From assembly GCA_018303725.1 (NCBI GenBank), contig JAGVXP010000001.1, forward strand, positions 1 through 51,590: a stretch of 51,590 nt of DNA. Direction: 5' to 3'. Positions 1 to 9,682 of the stretch are shown here, piece after piece. Position numbers and translations under genes: made by a program. The notes under the pieces are model-generated. The model was not told where the DNA came from. It did no database searches and saw only the letters and a list, made by a program, of their open reading frames with translations. Every line of letters begins with the position of its first letter. Position 1 is the stretch's first letter. The DNA comes from Candidatus Woesearchaeota archaeon. Lineage in GTDB: Archaea > Nanobdellota > Nanobdellia > Woesearchaeales > JAGVXP01.

Positions 1-141
1 GAAGTAACAATTTCCGAACGCAGCACTCGGAAGTTGCTGCGCGGATAATCTTACACAATCTTATTTCTTTTTTGGCTAGACTTTTTCACGTATGCCGTTA
101 AAATAGGGGATTTTGGTATGACACAAGCTATTTAACCAAAA

Positions 142-152
142 TTTTATAAATA
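142..152 (+). promoter_or_regulatory. TATA-box-like element upstream of aRF1
   Basis: ttttataaata ends 24 nt upstream of the ATG at 176, the spacing expected for an archaeal leaderless or short-leader transcript. Confidence 0.45.
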
Positions 153-175
153 GAGGGGACTTTTTTAACTTTAAA

Positions 176-1273
176 ATGTCGCTTACAGAAAAACAAAAAC
201 ATGACTTGAAAAAGTTTATTAAGGAACTAGAATTGTATAGGGGCAGCCATACAGAATTGGTTTCTGTTTATATACCTGCTGGGTATGATATCAATAAGGT
301 GATTAACCAATTGGAACAAGAAAAGGGCACGGCTACCAATATAAAGTCAACTTCTACAAGGAAAAATGTTATTGCAGCTTTAGAGAGGATGACCCAGCAT
401 TTAAGGCTGTTTAAACAAACACCAGAGAATGGATTAGCTGCTTTTTCTGGGAATGTGGCGGAGAGAGAAGGGCAAGAGGATTTTAAGGTCTGGTCCATTG
501 AACCGGCGCAACCAATAAAAACAAGAATTTACAGGTGCGACAAAGAGTTTCAATTGGACATATTGAGAGAGATGCTTGAGGTGAGGGATGTTTATGGCTT
601 GGTTGTTATGGACAGAAGGGACGCAATTATTGCTCTGCTAAGGGGGAAGACCATATTACCATTATTAAAGACACATTCTCATGTACCTGGAAAACAAAAA
701 GCAGGGGGTCAATCGGCTCAAAGATTTGCTAGATTAAGAGAGGGAGCTGCAAAAGACCACTATAAAAAAGTAGGAGAGTATATGAAAGAGCAGTTCCTAA
801 CTATGAATTATTTAAAGGGGATAATAGTCGGCGGGCCGGGACCAACAAAATATGACTTTGTTGACGGAAATTACATAACAAATGAGGTTAAGAAGAAGAT
901 AATTGCAATAAAGGATTTAAGCTACACAGAAGAATTCGGTTTGCAAGAACTAGTAGACAAAAGCCAAGACGTCTTAGCGGACGAGGAAATTGCCGAAGAG
1001 AAAAAAATTATGGGAAAATTCTTTGAAATATTGAGCACACAGCCAGGGAAGGTCAGTTATGGCGAAGCAGAGGTCATGCAAAATTTAAAAAATGGTGTTG
1101 TTGATATCCTGCTGTTATCTGAAGCACTGGATGAAATAAAGATTGAGGAATTTGAAAAAGAAGCGAAAAAGGTGTCAACTGAAGTAAGGATAATTTCGAC
1201 AGAAACAAGAGAGGGCGTTCAGTTAAGGGAGATAGGAAAGGTAGCTGCTATATTGAGGTATGAGGTAAGTTGA
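176..1273 (+). CDS. prf1: Peptide chain release factor aRF1 (eRF1 family)
   Basis: The translation shows NIKS (TATNIKSTS), YxCxxxF (IYRCDKEF) and GGQ (KAGGQSAQRF), the three eRF1 hallmark motifs. Confidence 0.95.
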   Translation: MSLTEKQKHDLKKFIKELELYRGSHTELVSVYIPAGYDINKVINQLEQEKGTATNIKSTSTRKNVIAALERMTQHLRLFKQTPENGLAAFSGNVAEREGQEDFKVWSIEPAQPIKTRIYRCDKEFQLDILREMLEVRDVYGLVVMDRRDAIIALLRGKTILPLLKTHSHVPGKQKAGGQSAQRFARLREGAAKDHYKKVGEYMKEQFLTMNYLKGIIVGGPGPTKYDFVDGNYITNEVKKKIIAIKDLSYTEEFGLQELVDKSQDVLADEEIAEEKKIMGKFFEILSTQPGKVSYGEAEVMQNLKNGVVDILLLSEALDEIKIEEFEKEAKKVSTEVRIISTETREGVQLREIGKVAAILRYEVS

Positions 1274-1950
1274 ACATAGTTGAAGAGGCATTTCAACAGC
1301 TATACCTGCAAAAAGATTTGGGATATGACACCTCTATTAAATATTCCTCAAAATTCAAACCATATAATTCTAATGTAAGGTTATACAACAATAGATTAGA
1401 ATTTAACTTAAGCAGAAAATGGAAACCGGTCAGCAGAGAAATACAAATTGGATTAATACAATCGTTATTGTTGAAAATCCTTAGAAATAGGCTAAAGCCG
1501 TTAAAAAAAACCACCCAGGATATAGAGCTGTATAATATCTTCATAAAAAAAATCCATATAGCTGTCCCTAAAACAAAGTCGGATCCTTTACTGGAAGAGT
1601 CATTTAACAGGGTGAATGAAAGATATTTTTATGGTTTAATTGAGAAACCAAATTTAGCGTGGCATAATTCCATCAGCAAGTTGGGCTCTTATGAATACGG
1701 TTCTGATACAATCTCAATAAGCGGAATATTCAAAAATGCAAATAAAGAATTATTAGACTATATAATGTATCATGAAATGCTGCATAAGAAACATAAATTC
1801 AAGAACAAAAATGGAAGGAACTATCACCACACAACCGATTTCAGGAAGAAAGAAAAAGAATTTGAAAATCAGAAATATACAGAGGAAGAGATTAAAAAAC
1901 TGATAAGGAGAATTAGGAGAAAACTAATTTTTAATAGGGTTTTTATTTAA
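1270..1950 (+). CDS. HExxH zinc metallopeptidase-like protein (SprT/DUF45-like)
   Basis: 226-aa ORF overlapping the aRF1 stop by 4 nt with a TTG start. It has an HEMLH motif followed by HH..DF (MYHEMLHKKHKF...NYHHTTDFRKKE), resembling the COG1451/SprT signature. Family assignment is from motif memory only. Confidence 0.5.
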   Translation: MNIVEEAFQQLYLQKDLGYDTSIKYSSKFKPYNSNVRLYNNRLEFNLSRKWKPVSREIQIGLIQSLLLKILRNRLKPLKKTTQDIELYNIFIKKIHIAVPKTKSDPLLEESFNRVNERYFYGLIEKPNLAWHNSISKLGSYEYGSDTISISGIFKNANKELLDYIMYHEMLHKKHKFKNKNGRNYHHTTDFRKKEKEFENQKYTEEEIKKLIRRIRRKLIFNRVFI

Positions 1951-2027
1951 AACAAAAGCTTTAAATATAAGCTTAATTTTCTAAAAACCAATTAATATAC
2001 AATATTTACCAAAATGGGGGGATTTAA

Positions 2028-2237
2028 ATGGGTGAAAGAGCGTTGCCGTTGGCTGCTATGGAAAAGATATTGAAGAATGCTGGTGCAGAAAGGGTTTCTG
2101 ACAATGCAAAGGTTGCTTTAGAAAGTGTTCTAGGGGATATTGCAGAAGGGATTGCTTCAAAAGCAATTAAATTTGCTGTTCATGCTGGAAGAAAAACAGT
2201 TAAGGCGGGAGATATAAAGTTAGCTGCTAAACAATAA
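2028..2237 (+). CDS. Archaeal histone (HMf family)
   Basis: 69-aa single histone fold. LPLAAMEKILKNAGAERVS...AVHAGRKTVKAGDIKLA matches the archaeal histone pattern. A G-rich RBS (gggggat) precedes the ATG. Confidence 0.9.
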   Translation: MGERALPLAAMEKILKNAGAERVSDNAKVALESVLGDIAEGIASKAIKFAVHAGRKTVKAGDIKLAAKQ

Positions 2238-2255
2238 GCTTTCTAAGGTGGTATA

Positions 2256-2651
2256 ATGGCTACAAAACCAGTTTCGGTTGGCTCTTTAAAAAAAGGATCT
2301 TATGTTGTGCTTGAAGACGCTGCCTGCGTTGTAACTGATACGCAGGTTTCCAGACCGGGCAAACACGGCCATGCTAAAGTGCGTTTAACTGGGGTTGGGA
2401 TAATAGACAACAAAAAAAGAGTTGCTGTAATGCCGGGCCATGACAATCTGGAAACACCCATAATTGAAAAAAAATCTGCGCAAGTCCTCTCTATTAGCGG
2501 CGATATGGCTAATGTTATGGATGCTGAAAGTTACGAAACTTTTGATTTAAAAATACCAGAAGAGCTCAAAGGCCAGGTTGTTGATGGGTGCTCTGTTATA
2601 TACTGGGTAATACTGAATGATAAAGTCATGAAACAGATTAAGAGTGAATAA
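2256..2651 (+). CDS. eif5a: Translation initiation factor 5A (aIF5A)
   Basis: 131 aa with the hypusination loop SRPGKHGHAKV. RBS aaggtgg lies upstream. Confidence 0.95.
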   Translation: MATKPVSVGSLKKGSYVVLEDAACVVTDTQVSRPGKHGHAKVRLTGVGIIDNKKRVAVMPGHDNLETPIIEKKSAQVLSISGDMANVMDAESYETFDLKIPEELKGQVVDGCSVIYWVILNDKVMKQIKSE

Positions 2652-2653
2652 AT

Positions 2654-2815
2654 GTGGTAAAATTCCCTGAAGCTGAAGTTAGAAAATTTCATAATGTCTT
2701 TGTATGTAAAAAATGCAAGACTAAATTAAAAGCGTTGAATATGAAGATAATCCAGGGCAAAGTCCATTGCAGAAAATGCGGCAGCAAGGCATTTAGAAGT
2801 GTAAGGAAGAAATAG
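2654..2815 (+). CDS. rpl40e: Ribosomal protein L40e
   Basis: Hand-translated 53-codon ORF with a GTG start 2 nt after the aIF5A stop: (M)VKFPEAEVRKFHNVFVCKKCKTKLKALNMKIIQGKVHCRKCGSKAFRSVRKK. FPEAE, CxxC...CRKCGS and the basic tail fit archaeal L40e. It is below the ORF-track length cutoff. Confidence 0.8.
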   Translation: MVKFPEAEVRKFHNVFVCKKCKTKLKALNMKIIQGKVHCRKCGSKAFRSVRKK

Positions 2816-2852
2816 CAAGATTTAAAAAGGTTCTTTCTAATAGCTTAATAAA

Positions 2853-4055
2853 ATGGATTTACAGTTGGCATCTACAATTATATTTGTGATATTATTATCC
2901 CTTATTGTATATATAAACAGAAAAGGGATACAACTGCAAAAAATCTTCTTTCCTCTTTTATATTTCTGTATGTATAGGACTCGGTTAGGAATCAAATTAA
3001 TGGATAGTATTGCTGGGAAATTTAAGAATATACTAAAATACATATCATATCTTGGCATTATTATTGGGTTTTTAGGTATGATTTTAATTTCTTATGGATT
3101 GATAGACAATGTGTATAAGATAATAACAAAACCGGAGGCATTGCCTGGTGTCGGCCTTGTTTTGCCATTTGAAGTAAAGGGCGTTTTTTATGTCCCATTT
3201 TTCTATTGGATAATCTCGATATTTGTGATAGCTGTTGTACATGAATTCTCACACGGTATTATTGCCAGGTATTACAATATGAGAATAAAATCAAGCGGTT
3301 TAGCTTTTTTAGGCATTGTGATTCCGGTTGTTCCGGCTGCATTTGTAGAGCCGGATGAAGATGAATTGAAGAAAAGACCGGTTAAGGAACAGCTGGGTGT
3401 TTTTGCTGCTGGCCCTTTTTCCAACATTGCTTTGGCCTTTATAATACTTATACTAGGGGGATTAATAGCTTCTCCTTTAGTCGAGAATATAATAGAGCTT
3501 AATGGCGTTAAAGTAACTGGTTTTATAAAAGACAGTGAACCTTTCCCAGGAGAGAAAGCAGGCATAACAATTGGAGAAACGATAATTGGCATAGGCAATA
3601 AAGAGATAAATGAGATAGAAAATTTCTCATTAGTATTACGAGATAAATCACCCGGGGATAATATAGTTATAAAAACAGACAAAAAAGAGTATGATATAGT
3701 TTTGGCTAAGAATCCAGAAAATGGAAGTAAGGGTTATGTGGGGGTTTATGTTCAACAAAACGCCAAGATTAAGGATAAAATAATAAACAGATATGGAAGT
3801 TTTCTGCCTTCTTTAATATTGTGGTTTACCGGAACACCTATAAGGAATGGTTTGATAGGGTGGTTGGTAATATTAAATTTTGGTATTGGCTTGTTTAATT
3901 TGGTTCCCTTAGGGCCATTGGATGGAGGCAGGATGTTATTTGCTGCATTGCAAAAATATTTTAAAAAGGAAAAGGCAATGAGAATTTGGAAGTTTATAGG
4001 TTTATTATTTTTGATATTAATTTTTATTAATATTGGCTTTGCTTTTATTAGATAA
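2853..4055 (+). CDS. Site-2 protease family (M50) membrane metalloprotease with PDZ domain
   Basis: HEFSHG (HExxH) lies in a TM segment and NLVPLGPLDGGRM is the second metal-ligand motif. The central GVKVTG...PGEKAGITIGETIIGIGNKEI segment is PDZ-like. Multiple hydrophobic helices are present. Confidence 0.85.
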   Translation: MDLQLASTIIFVILLSLIVYINRKGIQLQKIFFPLLYFCMYRTRLGIKLMDSIAGKFKNILKYISYLGIIIGFLGMILISYGLIDNVYKIITKPEALPGVGLVLPFEVKGVFYVPFFYWIISIFVIAVVHEFSHGIIARYYNMRIKSSGLAFLGIVIPVVPAAFVEPDEDELKKRPVKEQLGVFAAGPFSNIALAFIILILGGLIASPLVENIIELNGVKVTGFIKDSEPFPGEKAGITIGETIIGIGNKEINEIENFSLVLRDKSPGDNIVIKTDKKEYDIVLAKNPENGSKGYVGVYVQQNAKIKDKIINRYGSFLPSLILWFTGTPIRNGLIGWLVILNFGIGLFNLVPLGPLDGGRMLFAALQKYFKKEKAMRIWKFIGLLFLILIFINIGFAFIR

Positions 4056-5400
4056 CTATTTATACCTTAGATTTGGCTCTCTTGCTGCTTTAACAGCATC
4101 TAATCTTTTCACGGGTGTTGTAGAGGGAGCATTTTTTACTAAATCTGGCTGTTTTTCTGCTTCCTCTCTTATTTTTATCATTGTATCGGCAAATTCATTT
4201 AAGGTTTCAAGGCTTTCTGTTTCATTGGGTTCTATCATTATAGCCCCATGAACAATCAAAGGGAAATATATTGTTGGCGGGTGAAAGCCATAGTCAAGCA
4301 GCCTTTTTGCAATGTCTGTTGTTGTAACGCCATTAGGCATTCCTTCGTCTGAAAGGACAAATTCGTGTTTACAAAGCCTGTCGTAAGGCAGCTTGTAATA
4401 TCTTTTTAATTTTTCCTTTATATAATTTGCATTCAAAACAGCATTTTCAGCAACTTGCCTTAATCCATCTGCCCCAATTGATTTTATATAAGAATAAGCC
4501 TTAACTAAAACGCCAAAATTTCCATAAAACGCCCTTACCTTGCCAATTGATTTTTTATTTTTATAATCTAATTTATATCCCTTATCTGTTTTTTCCATTT
4601 CCGGCAATGGTAGATAATCCTTTAAAAATCCTTTAACACCAACTGGGCCGGAGCCGGGGCCGCCGCAGCCATGCGGAGTTGAAAAAGTTTTGTGCAGATT
4701 CAAATGCAAAACATCCACGCCCATATCACCTGGCTTAGCAATTCCAACCAAAGCATTCATATTTGCGCCATCCATATAAACCAAGCTGCCATTATCGTGG
4801 CAAAGCTTTGTTATCTCCAAAATCTGCTCTTCAAAAATGCCTAAGGTGTTGGGAATAGTAAGCATAATTGCTGCAATATCTTTTGTCAGCTCTTTCTTTA
4901 ATTCTTCAATATTAACCTGCCCTTTTTCATTTGAATGAACAGTTATAGTTGTAAAGCCGCACATAGTTGAAGAAGCAGGGTTTGTTCCATGGCTTGAATC
5001 AGGAGTTATTATTACATTCCTTTTTTCCTTCTTATCCGTTCATCCCCGTTATCTCGCAAAGCATCTCGTTCAATTCATACATCAATTGCAATGCTCCTTG
5101 ATTATGTGGGGAATAAGGATGCAATAAAGCAAAGCCCTCTAGCCTTGCTATATCCTCATTAACTTTAGGGTTGTATTTCATAGTGCAGCTTCCCAGAGGA
5201 TAAAAGCCGTTGTCAACGCCAAAGTTTCTTCTGCTTAAAGCTGTATAGTGCCTTATTATTGTGACTTCATCAACTTCCGGTAGATTTAATTCATTTCTTA
5301 AAAATTCAGTAGGGATCAAACTATCTTTTTTAGGGACATCTAAATCAGGCAATTCTGCCCCAATCCTTCCTTTAACTGATTTCTCAAAGATTAGCTGCAT
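4056..5400 (-). pseudogene. gcvPB: Glycine dehydrogenase (decarboxylating) subunit 2, GcvPB, disrupted by internal deletion plus frameshift
   Basis: The N-terminal piece (5032..5400) ends ...LCEITGMNG-stop. The C-terminal piece (4056..4964) is in another frame that is open back to 5039 and reads [29 protein letters not shown]..., then [24 protein letters not shown] (PLP-lysine region). About 9 codons separate ITGM from IITPDS, whereas family members carry roughly 30-35 residues there, including the TLQPAAGAHGE block. Confidence 0.75.
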
Positions 5401-6676
5401 CTTTTATTTCACCGATTAATTTATCAATATCCTCTTTTGTGTTCATCTCAGTAACACATAGCAATAAAGAATCCCTGCCCAAAACATAGCCAGCAACAAA
5501 GCCTTTTTTCAATAATTTTTTATAAACTTTTTTTGCATCTTTAACCTTGACAGCAAACTCATTGTAAAATGGATTATTATATAATAACTCAAAGCCAGTT
5601 TCCTTTAATTTATCAGCCAGGTAATGCGCCTTTTGCAGATTTAATTCTGCCAGCCTTTTCAAATTTTTTCCTAATGTTGCCAGATAAACAGTTGCAGCTA
5701 AAGCACATAAAGCCTCATTTGAGCAAATATTGGAGCTTGCTTTCTCTCTCCTTATATGCTGCTCTCTTGCCTGCAATGTCAAAATATAGCCTTTCTTTCC
5801 TTCGCTGTCAACAGTGGCGCCAACAATTCTTCCCGGTAGCTGTCTTGCATACTTTTCTTTTGCTGCCATAATGCCTAGGTAAGGCCCACCAAAGCTTATA
5901 GCATTTCCAAAGCTTTGGCCTTCACCAACAACAATGTCAGCTCCTAACTCACCAGGGCAAAATAATCCCAAAGATGTTGCCTCAACAACGCAAACAACAA
6001 AAATTGCTCTTTTGGCATGGGCTATATTTTCTATTCCCCTCAAATTTTCAACGCAACCAAAAAAATTAGGGTTTTGCACCAGAACAGCAGCTGTTTTTTC
6101 AGTTATTTTTTCTTTTAATGAATCAATATCAATTTCAACTAGCCCAAATCCATGCGCATTACAATAAGTCTTAACAACCTCCTTATACTCAGGATGAACG
6201 CCAGAAGAAATTACTATCTCATCCCTTTTTGTGATATTAACAGCCATGATGCAGCTCTCAGCCAAAGCGCTGGCACCGTCATACATTGAAGCATTAGCCA
6301 CGTCCATTCCAGTTAAATTGCAAATCATCGTCTGGTACTCATAAACAGCCTGCAAAATGCCTTGGCTTATTTCCGGCTGGTATGGTGTGTAGGCAGTGTA
6401 AAATTCTGCTCTTGAAATTATATGGTTCACAATACTGGGTATAAAATGATTATAAGCACCGGCTCCTAAAAAAGAAATTAATTTTGTATTATTTTTCTCA
6501 CTCAACCCAACTAACCCCTTTTTTAGCTGAACTTCGCTTATTTTATCAGATAGTTTTAATTTTTCTTTTAATAAAATTTTACCAGGAATATCCTTAAACA
6601 GTTCACTAACAGAATCAACACCTATAACCTTCAGCATATCTTCTCTTTGTTTGTCAGTATTAGGAATAAAATTCAA
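5384..6676 (-). CDS. gcvPA: Glycine dehydrogenase (decarboxylating) subunit 1, GcvPA
   Basis: 430 aa with the typical GcvPA N-terminus ([13 protein letters not shown]...) and [13 protein letters not shown] motif. It sits between gcvH and gcvPB and overlaps gcvPB by 17 nt. Confidence 0.9.
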   Translation of the reverse strand: MNFIPNTDKQREDMLKVIGVDSVSELFKDIPGKILLKEKLKLSDKISEVQLKKGLVGLSEKNNTKLISFLGAGAYNHFIPSIVNHIISRAEFYTAYTPYQPEISQGILQAVYEYQTMICNLTGMDVANASMYDGASALAESCIMAVNITKRDEIVISSGVHPEYKEVVKTYCNAHGFGLVEIDIDSLKEKITEKTAAVLVQNPNFFGCVENLRGIENIAHAKRAIFVVCVVEATSLGLFCPGELGADIVVGEGQSFGNAISFGGPYLGIMAAKEKYARQLPGRIVGATVDSEGKKGYILTLQAREQHIRREKASSNICSNEALCALAATVYLATLGKNLKRLAELNLQKAHYLADKLKETGFELLYNNPFYNEFAVKVKDAKKVYKKLLKKGFVAGYVLGRDSLLLCVTEMNTKEDIDKLIGEIKDAANL

Positions 6677-6694
6677 TAAAACCCCCCCGAAAGA

Positions 6695-7084
6695 TTAATG
6701 TTTAGTTTCTCTCAAAAACTTCTCATAACCTTCTGTAGATAATAAATTGTTTAACTCACTTTTGTTTTCTATCTTTACTTTGACAATCCATCCCTTGCCG
6801 TAAGGCTCCTTATTTAGAATTTCTGGTGCATCTACTAATTCGCTGTTGATATCAACCACCTCGCCGCTGACAGGAGCAAAAACATCAGAAACGCTTTTAA
6901 CAGATTCAACAACAGCCATAGCCTTGCCTTGCGTAACATGCTTTCCTTCCTCAGGCAGCTCAACAAAAACAATGTCTGTTAGCTGTTTCTGTGCAAAATC
7001 AGTAATCCCTACAACAGCAATATCCCCCTCAACTTTGATCCATTCATGCTCTTTGCTATATTTTAAATTTTTAGGATTTTCCAT
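6695..7084 (-). CDS. gcvH: Glycine cleavage system H protein (lipoyl carrier)
   Basis: 129 aa with the YSKEHEWIKVEG start region and lipoyl-lysine motif VESVKSVSDVFAPVSGEV. Confidence 0.95.
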   Translation of the reverse strand: MENPKNLKYSKEHEWIKVEGDIAVVGITDFAQKQLTDIVFVELPEEGKHVTQGKAMAVVESVKSVSDVFAPVSGEVVDINSELVDAPEILNKEPYGKGWIVKVKIENKSELNNLLSTEGYEKFLRETKH

Positions 7085-7131
7085 TCAAATCACCTTTTTA
7101 TTTTCTTTTGTGCAACTTTTTCTTTTGGGCG

Positions 7132-7156
7132 CTTTTCTTTTTTTGAAAAAGAAAAG
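7132..7156 (-). other. Perfect 11-bp hairpin in the gcvT-gcvH spacer
   Basis: CTTTTCTTTTT (7132-7142), loop ttg, AAAAAGAAAAG (7146-7156), inside an unusually long 133-nt intra-operon spacer. Confidence 0.3.
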
Positions 7157-7217
7157 TGCTGATAGACTAGTTGCTTATTTTAATTTTTTAATCATTGATT
7201 ATTTTATTGATTAAAAT

Positions 7218-8312
7218 TTATTTATTTCCCCCTTTGTACTCATAAAAAGGCCTTTTAACAATAACTGCTTTATAAAGTTTATCCCTGATTTTGATTTCTA
7301 TCTCATTTCCGGTCTTTGAATTGTCTTTTTCAACCATTCCTAACCCAATTCCTTTCTTGAATGTAGGGGACATTGTCCCGCTTGTTACATAGCCAACTTT
7401 CCTGTTGCCTTTAAAAATCTCATAGCCATTCCTCGGAACAGCCTTGTCTGTCATCTCAAAGGCCATAATCAATCTTTTAGCCCCTTCCATTTTTTGCTTT
7501 ATCAGCGCTTCTTTTCCAACAAAATTATCCTTGTTGTCAACAACAAAACTTATCCCTGCTTCAATTGGAGTTATGCTGTCATCTAATTCGTGGCCGTATA
7601 AGCTGTAACATGCTTCCAGCCTTAAGGTGTCTCTTGCGCCTAGGCCAACTGGCTTAATTCCAGATTCTTTCCCCACAGTTAATAGTCTATTCCATATTTC
7701 CACTGCCTTGTTTACGCCAAAATAAATCTCAAATCCGTCCTCTGCTGTATAGCCTGTCCTTGATATAATTGCCTTTACCCCGTTTACTTCATTTTCAATA
7801 AATCCAAATCTTTTTAAGCTGTTTAAATTAGCTTTAGTCATCTTCTGTAAAATAGCCTCTGCATTTGGCCCCTGTAAATCCAGTTTTGCCAGCTCTTTTC
7901 TTTTGTCTGTTACAGCAACATCAAAGCCCGATGAGCATTTTTTAACCCATTCTAAATCCTTATCAACAGTGCCTGCATTAACAACCAGCATATATTTATT
8001 TTTATCAAAACAGTAAACAGTCAGGTCATCAACTGCCCCCCCATTTTCATTGCACATAACGCAATAAACAATGCCTCCTTTTGTTAGCTTGCTGATGTCA
8101 GCTGTAAACAGCTTTTGCACCAGCCTGAATGCATCATCCCCTTCTATCATAATTTCGCCCATATGGCATATGTCAAACAATCCGGCCTTTGTCCTTGTCG
8201 TTATATGCTCATCTATGACATTAGTGTAAAAAACAGGCATCAGCCAGCCCCCAAACTCTACTATTTTAGCCCCTAGTTTTACATGTTCTTGATATAATGC
8301 TGTTTTTTTCAT
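7218..8312 (-). CDS. gcvT: Aminomethyltransferase, glycine cleavage system T protein
   Basis: 364 aa. MKKTALYQEHVKLGAKIVEFGGWLMPVFY and the ...ARDTLRLEA... motifs are typical GcvT. It is the first gene of the gcvT-H-PA-PB string. Confidence 0.95.
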   Translation of the reverse strand: MKKTALYQEHVKLGAKIVEFGGWLMPVFYTNVIDEHITTRTKAGLFDICHMGEIMIEGDDAFRLVQKLFTADISKLTKGGIVYCVMCNENGGAVDDLTVYCFDKNKYMLVVNAGTVDKDLEWVKKCSSGFDVAVTDKRKELAKLDLQGPNAEAILQKMTKANLNSLKRFGFIENEVNGVKAIISRTGYTAEDGFEIYFGVNKAVEIWNRLLTVGKESGIKPVGLGARDTLRLEACYSLYGHELDDSITPIEAGISFVVDNKDNFVGKEALIKQKMEGAKRLIMAFEMTDKAVPRNGYEIFKGNRKVGYVTSGTMSPTFKKGIGLGMVEKDNSKTGNEIEIKIRDKLYKAVIVKRPFYEYKGGNK

Positions 8313-8398
8313 TTCTTTACACCGAAAGATTTCCGCTATTTAAAAAGATTGTTATAAAAGAGGATATATTTATATAAAATATACTATTCCCAAAAACC

Positions 8399-9097
8399 AT
8401 GATAAGCACCATATTAATAGAGCCAGAAACACCAGGCAACATAGGCGCAATAGCAAGGTCAATGAAAAACTTTGATTTAAAAAACCTAATTTTGATTAAC
8501 CCCAAATGCGGCCATTTAGACAAAGAAGCCTTAGACAGGGCAACCCATGCAAAAGAAATCCTGAAAAATGCAATAATCAAGGATTTTCCTTATCTTAAAG
8601 AATTTGATTATTTAATAGCAACTACTTCACAATTAGGCACAGACTATAATATACCTCGCTCTCCCATTACACCAGAACAATTAGCAGAAAAACTAGCTAA
8701 AATTAACCTTAAAGAGTTAAATGTAGGGATCCTAATAGGCAGAGAAGGTATTGGCTTGAAAAACAAGGAAATTCTGATGTCTGACTTTGTTGTTACAATC
8801 CCCTCTTCTAAAGCTTACCCCACATTAAATGCAGCACATGCAGCAACTATTGTTTTTTATGAAATATTCAAAAAAATTGGGAAAGAGAAAGTGAATGAGC
8901 ATATAATACCTGCAACAAAAATCGAAAAGGAAATAATCCTCAAAAAATTAGACAACATCTTGGATAAGATGGAATTCACAACTAAAGAAAAGAAAGAAAC
9001 ACAAAGGAAAATCTGGAAAAGGATTGTTGGCAAAAGCTTTTTAACCAGAAGGGAAGCCTTCGCTCTGATAGGCTTTTTAAAAAAAATAGAGAAATAA
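8399..9097 (+). CDS. SpoU-family RNA 2'-O-methyltransferase (TrmJ-like)
   Basis: The N-terminal ILIEPETPGNIGAIARSMKNF motif and the later LNAAHAATIVFYE are characteristic of SpoU/TrmH group methyltransferases. Confidence 0.8.
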   Translation: MISTILIEPETPGNIGAIARSMKNFDLKNLILINPKCGHLDKEALDRATHAKEILKNAIIKDFPYLKEFDYLIATTSQLGTDYNIPRSPITPEQLAEKLAKINLKELNVGILIGREGIGLKNKEILMSDFVVTIPSSKAYPTLNAAHAATIVFYEIFKKIGKEKVNEHIIPATKIEKEIILKKLDNILDKMEFTTKEKKETQRKIWKRIVGKSFLTRREAFALIGFLKKIEK

Positions 9098-9667
9098 TTA
9101 AAATTCAACCTTTACATCCTGCTTCTCTGATTCTGCCACCTTAAACATCTCCTTTTTTGTAAGGCGCATAAGCCCTGCAATAAACCTATCGGGGAAAGAC
9201 TCTGTCTTTATATTATAGGTATTTACAGAATCATTGTAGAATTCTCTCCTGTCAGCAATCTCGTTTTCTAACCCGCTTATTCTCCCCTGGAGTTGTATAA
9301 AATTCTCATTTGCCTTTAGGTTAGGGTAGTTCTCAGCAACAGCAAACAGGGTTTTGAGTGTTCTGCTTATGATATTATCTGCTTTTGCCTTGGCGTCCAT
9401 TGTTTTTGCATTCAGGAAAGCTGTCCTTGCATGGGTTATACCCTCAAGAAGCCCCCTCTCATGTTTCATATACCCTTTTACAGAGGCTATAAGCTTAGGC
9501 AGTTCATCAGCTCTCTGCTTCAGGAGGACATCAATATTGGCCCATGACTTGACTATATCATTTTTTAGCCGTATAAAGCTGTTGTATATGCCTATAAAAT
9601 AGCCAAAAACAATCAGCAAAAACAAAATAATTGCCGACCAAATAACCATTGTTAATCCGATTCCCAT
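9098..9667 (-). CDS. lemA: LemA family membrane protein
   Basis: One N-terminal TM helix, then YNSFIRLKNDIVKSWANIDVLLKQRADELPKL...AENYPNLKANENF...REFYNDSVNTYN, the LemA consensus. RBS GGAGGT is 7 nt upstream. Confidence 0.9.
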   Translation of the reverse strand: MGIGLTMVIWSAIILFLLIVFGYFIGIYNSFIRLKNDIVKSWANIDVLLKQRADELPKLIASVKGYMKHERGLLEGITHARTAFLNAKTMDAKAKADNIISRTLKTLFAVAENYPNLKANENFIQLQGRISGLENEIADRREFYNDSVNTYNIKTESFPDRFIAGLMRLTKKEMFKVAESEKQDVKVEF

Positions 9668-9682
9668 TTTTTACCTCCCTGC

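Noticed and set aside
1-60. GC-richer first 60 nt with overlapping inverted repeats (CGCAGCA...TGCTGCG, TTCCGA...TCGGAA). I considered the 3' end of a structured RNA (tRNA, SRP RNA or RNase P RNA).
   Set aside because: No T-arm or acceptor pattern or other diagnostic motif is visible. Frame 1 is also open and ends at TAA 46-48, so it may simply be the tail of an upstream CDS. It is too truncated by the window edge to call.
8313-8398. Possible glycine riboswitch or leader upstream of gcvT.
   Set aside because: Glycine riboswitches are bacterial elements. This 86-nt region is AT-rich promoter-like sequence without the paired GC-rich aptamer stems.
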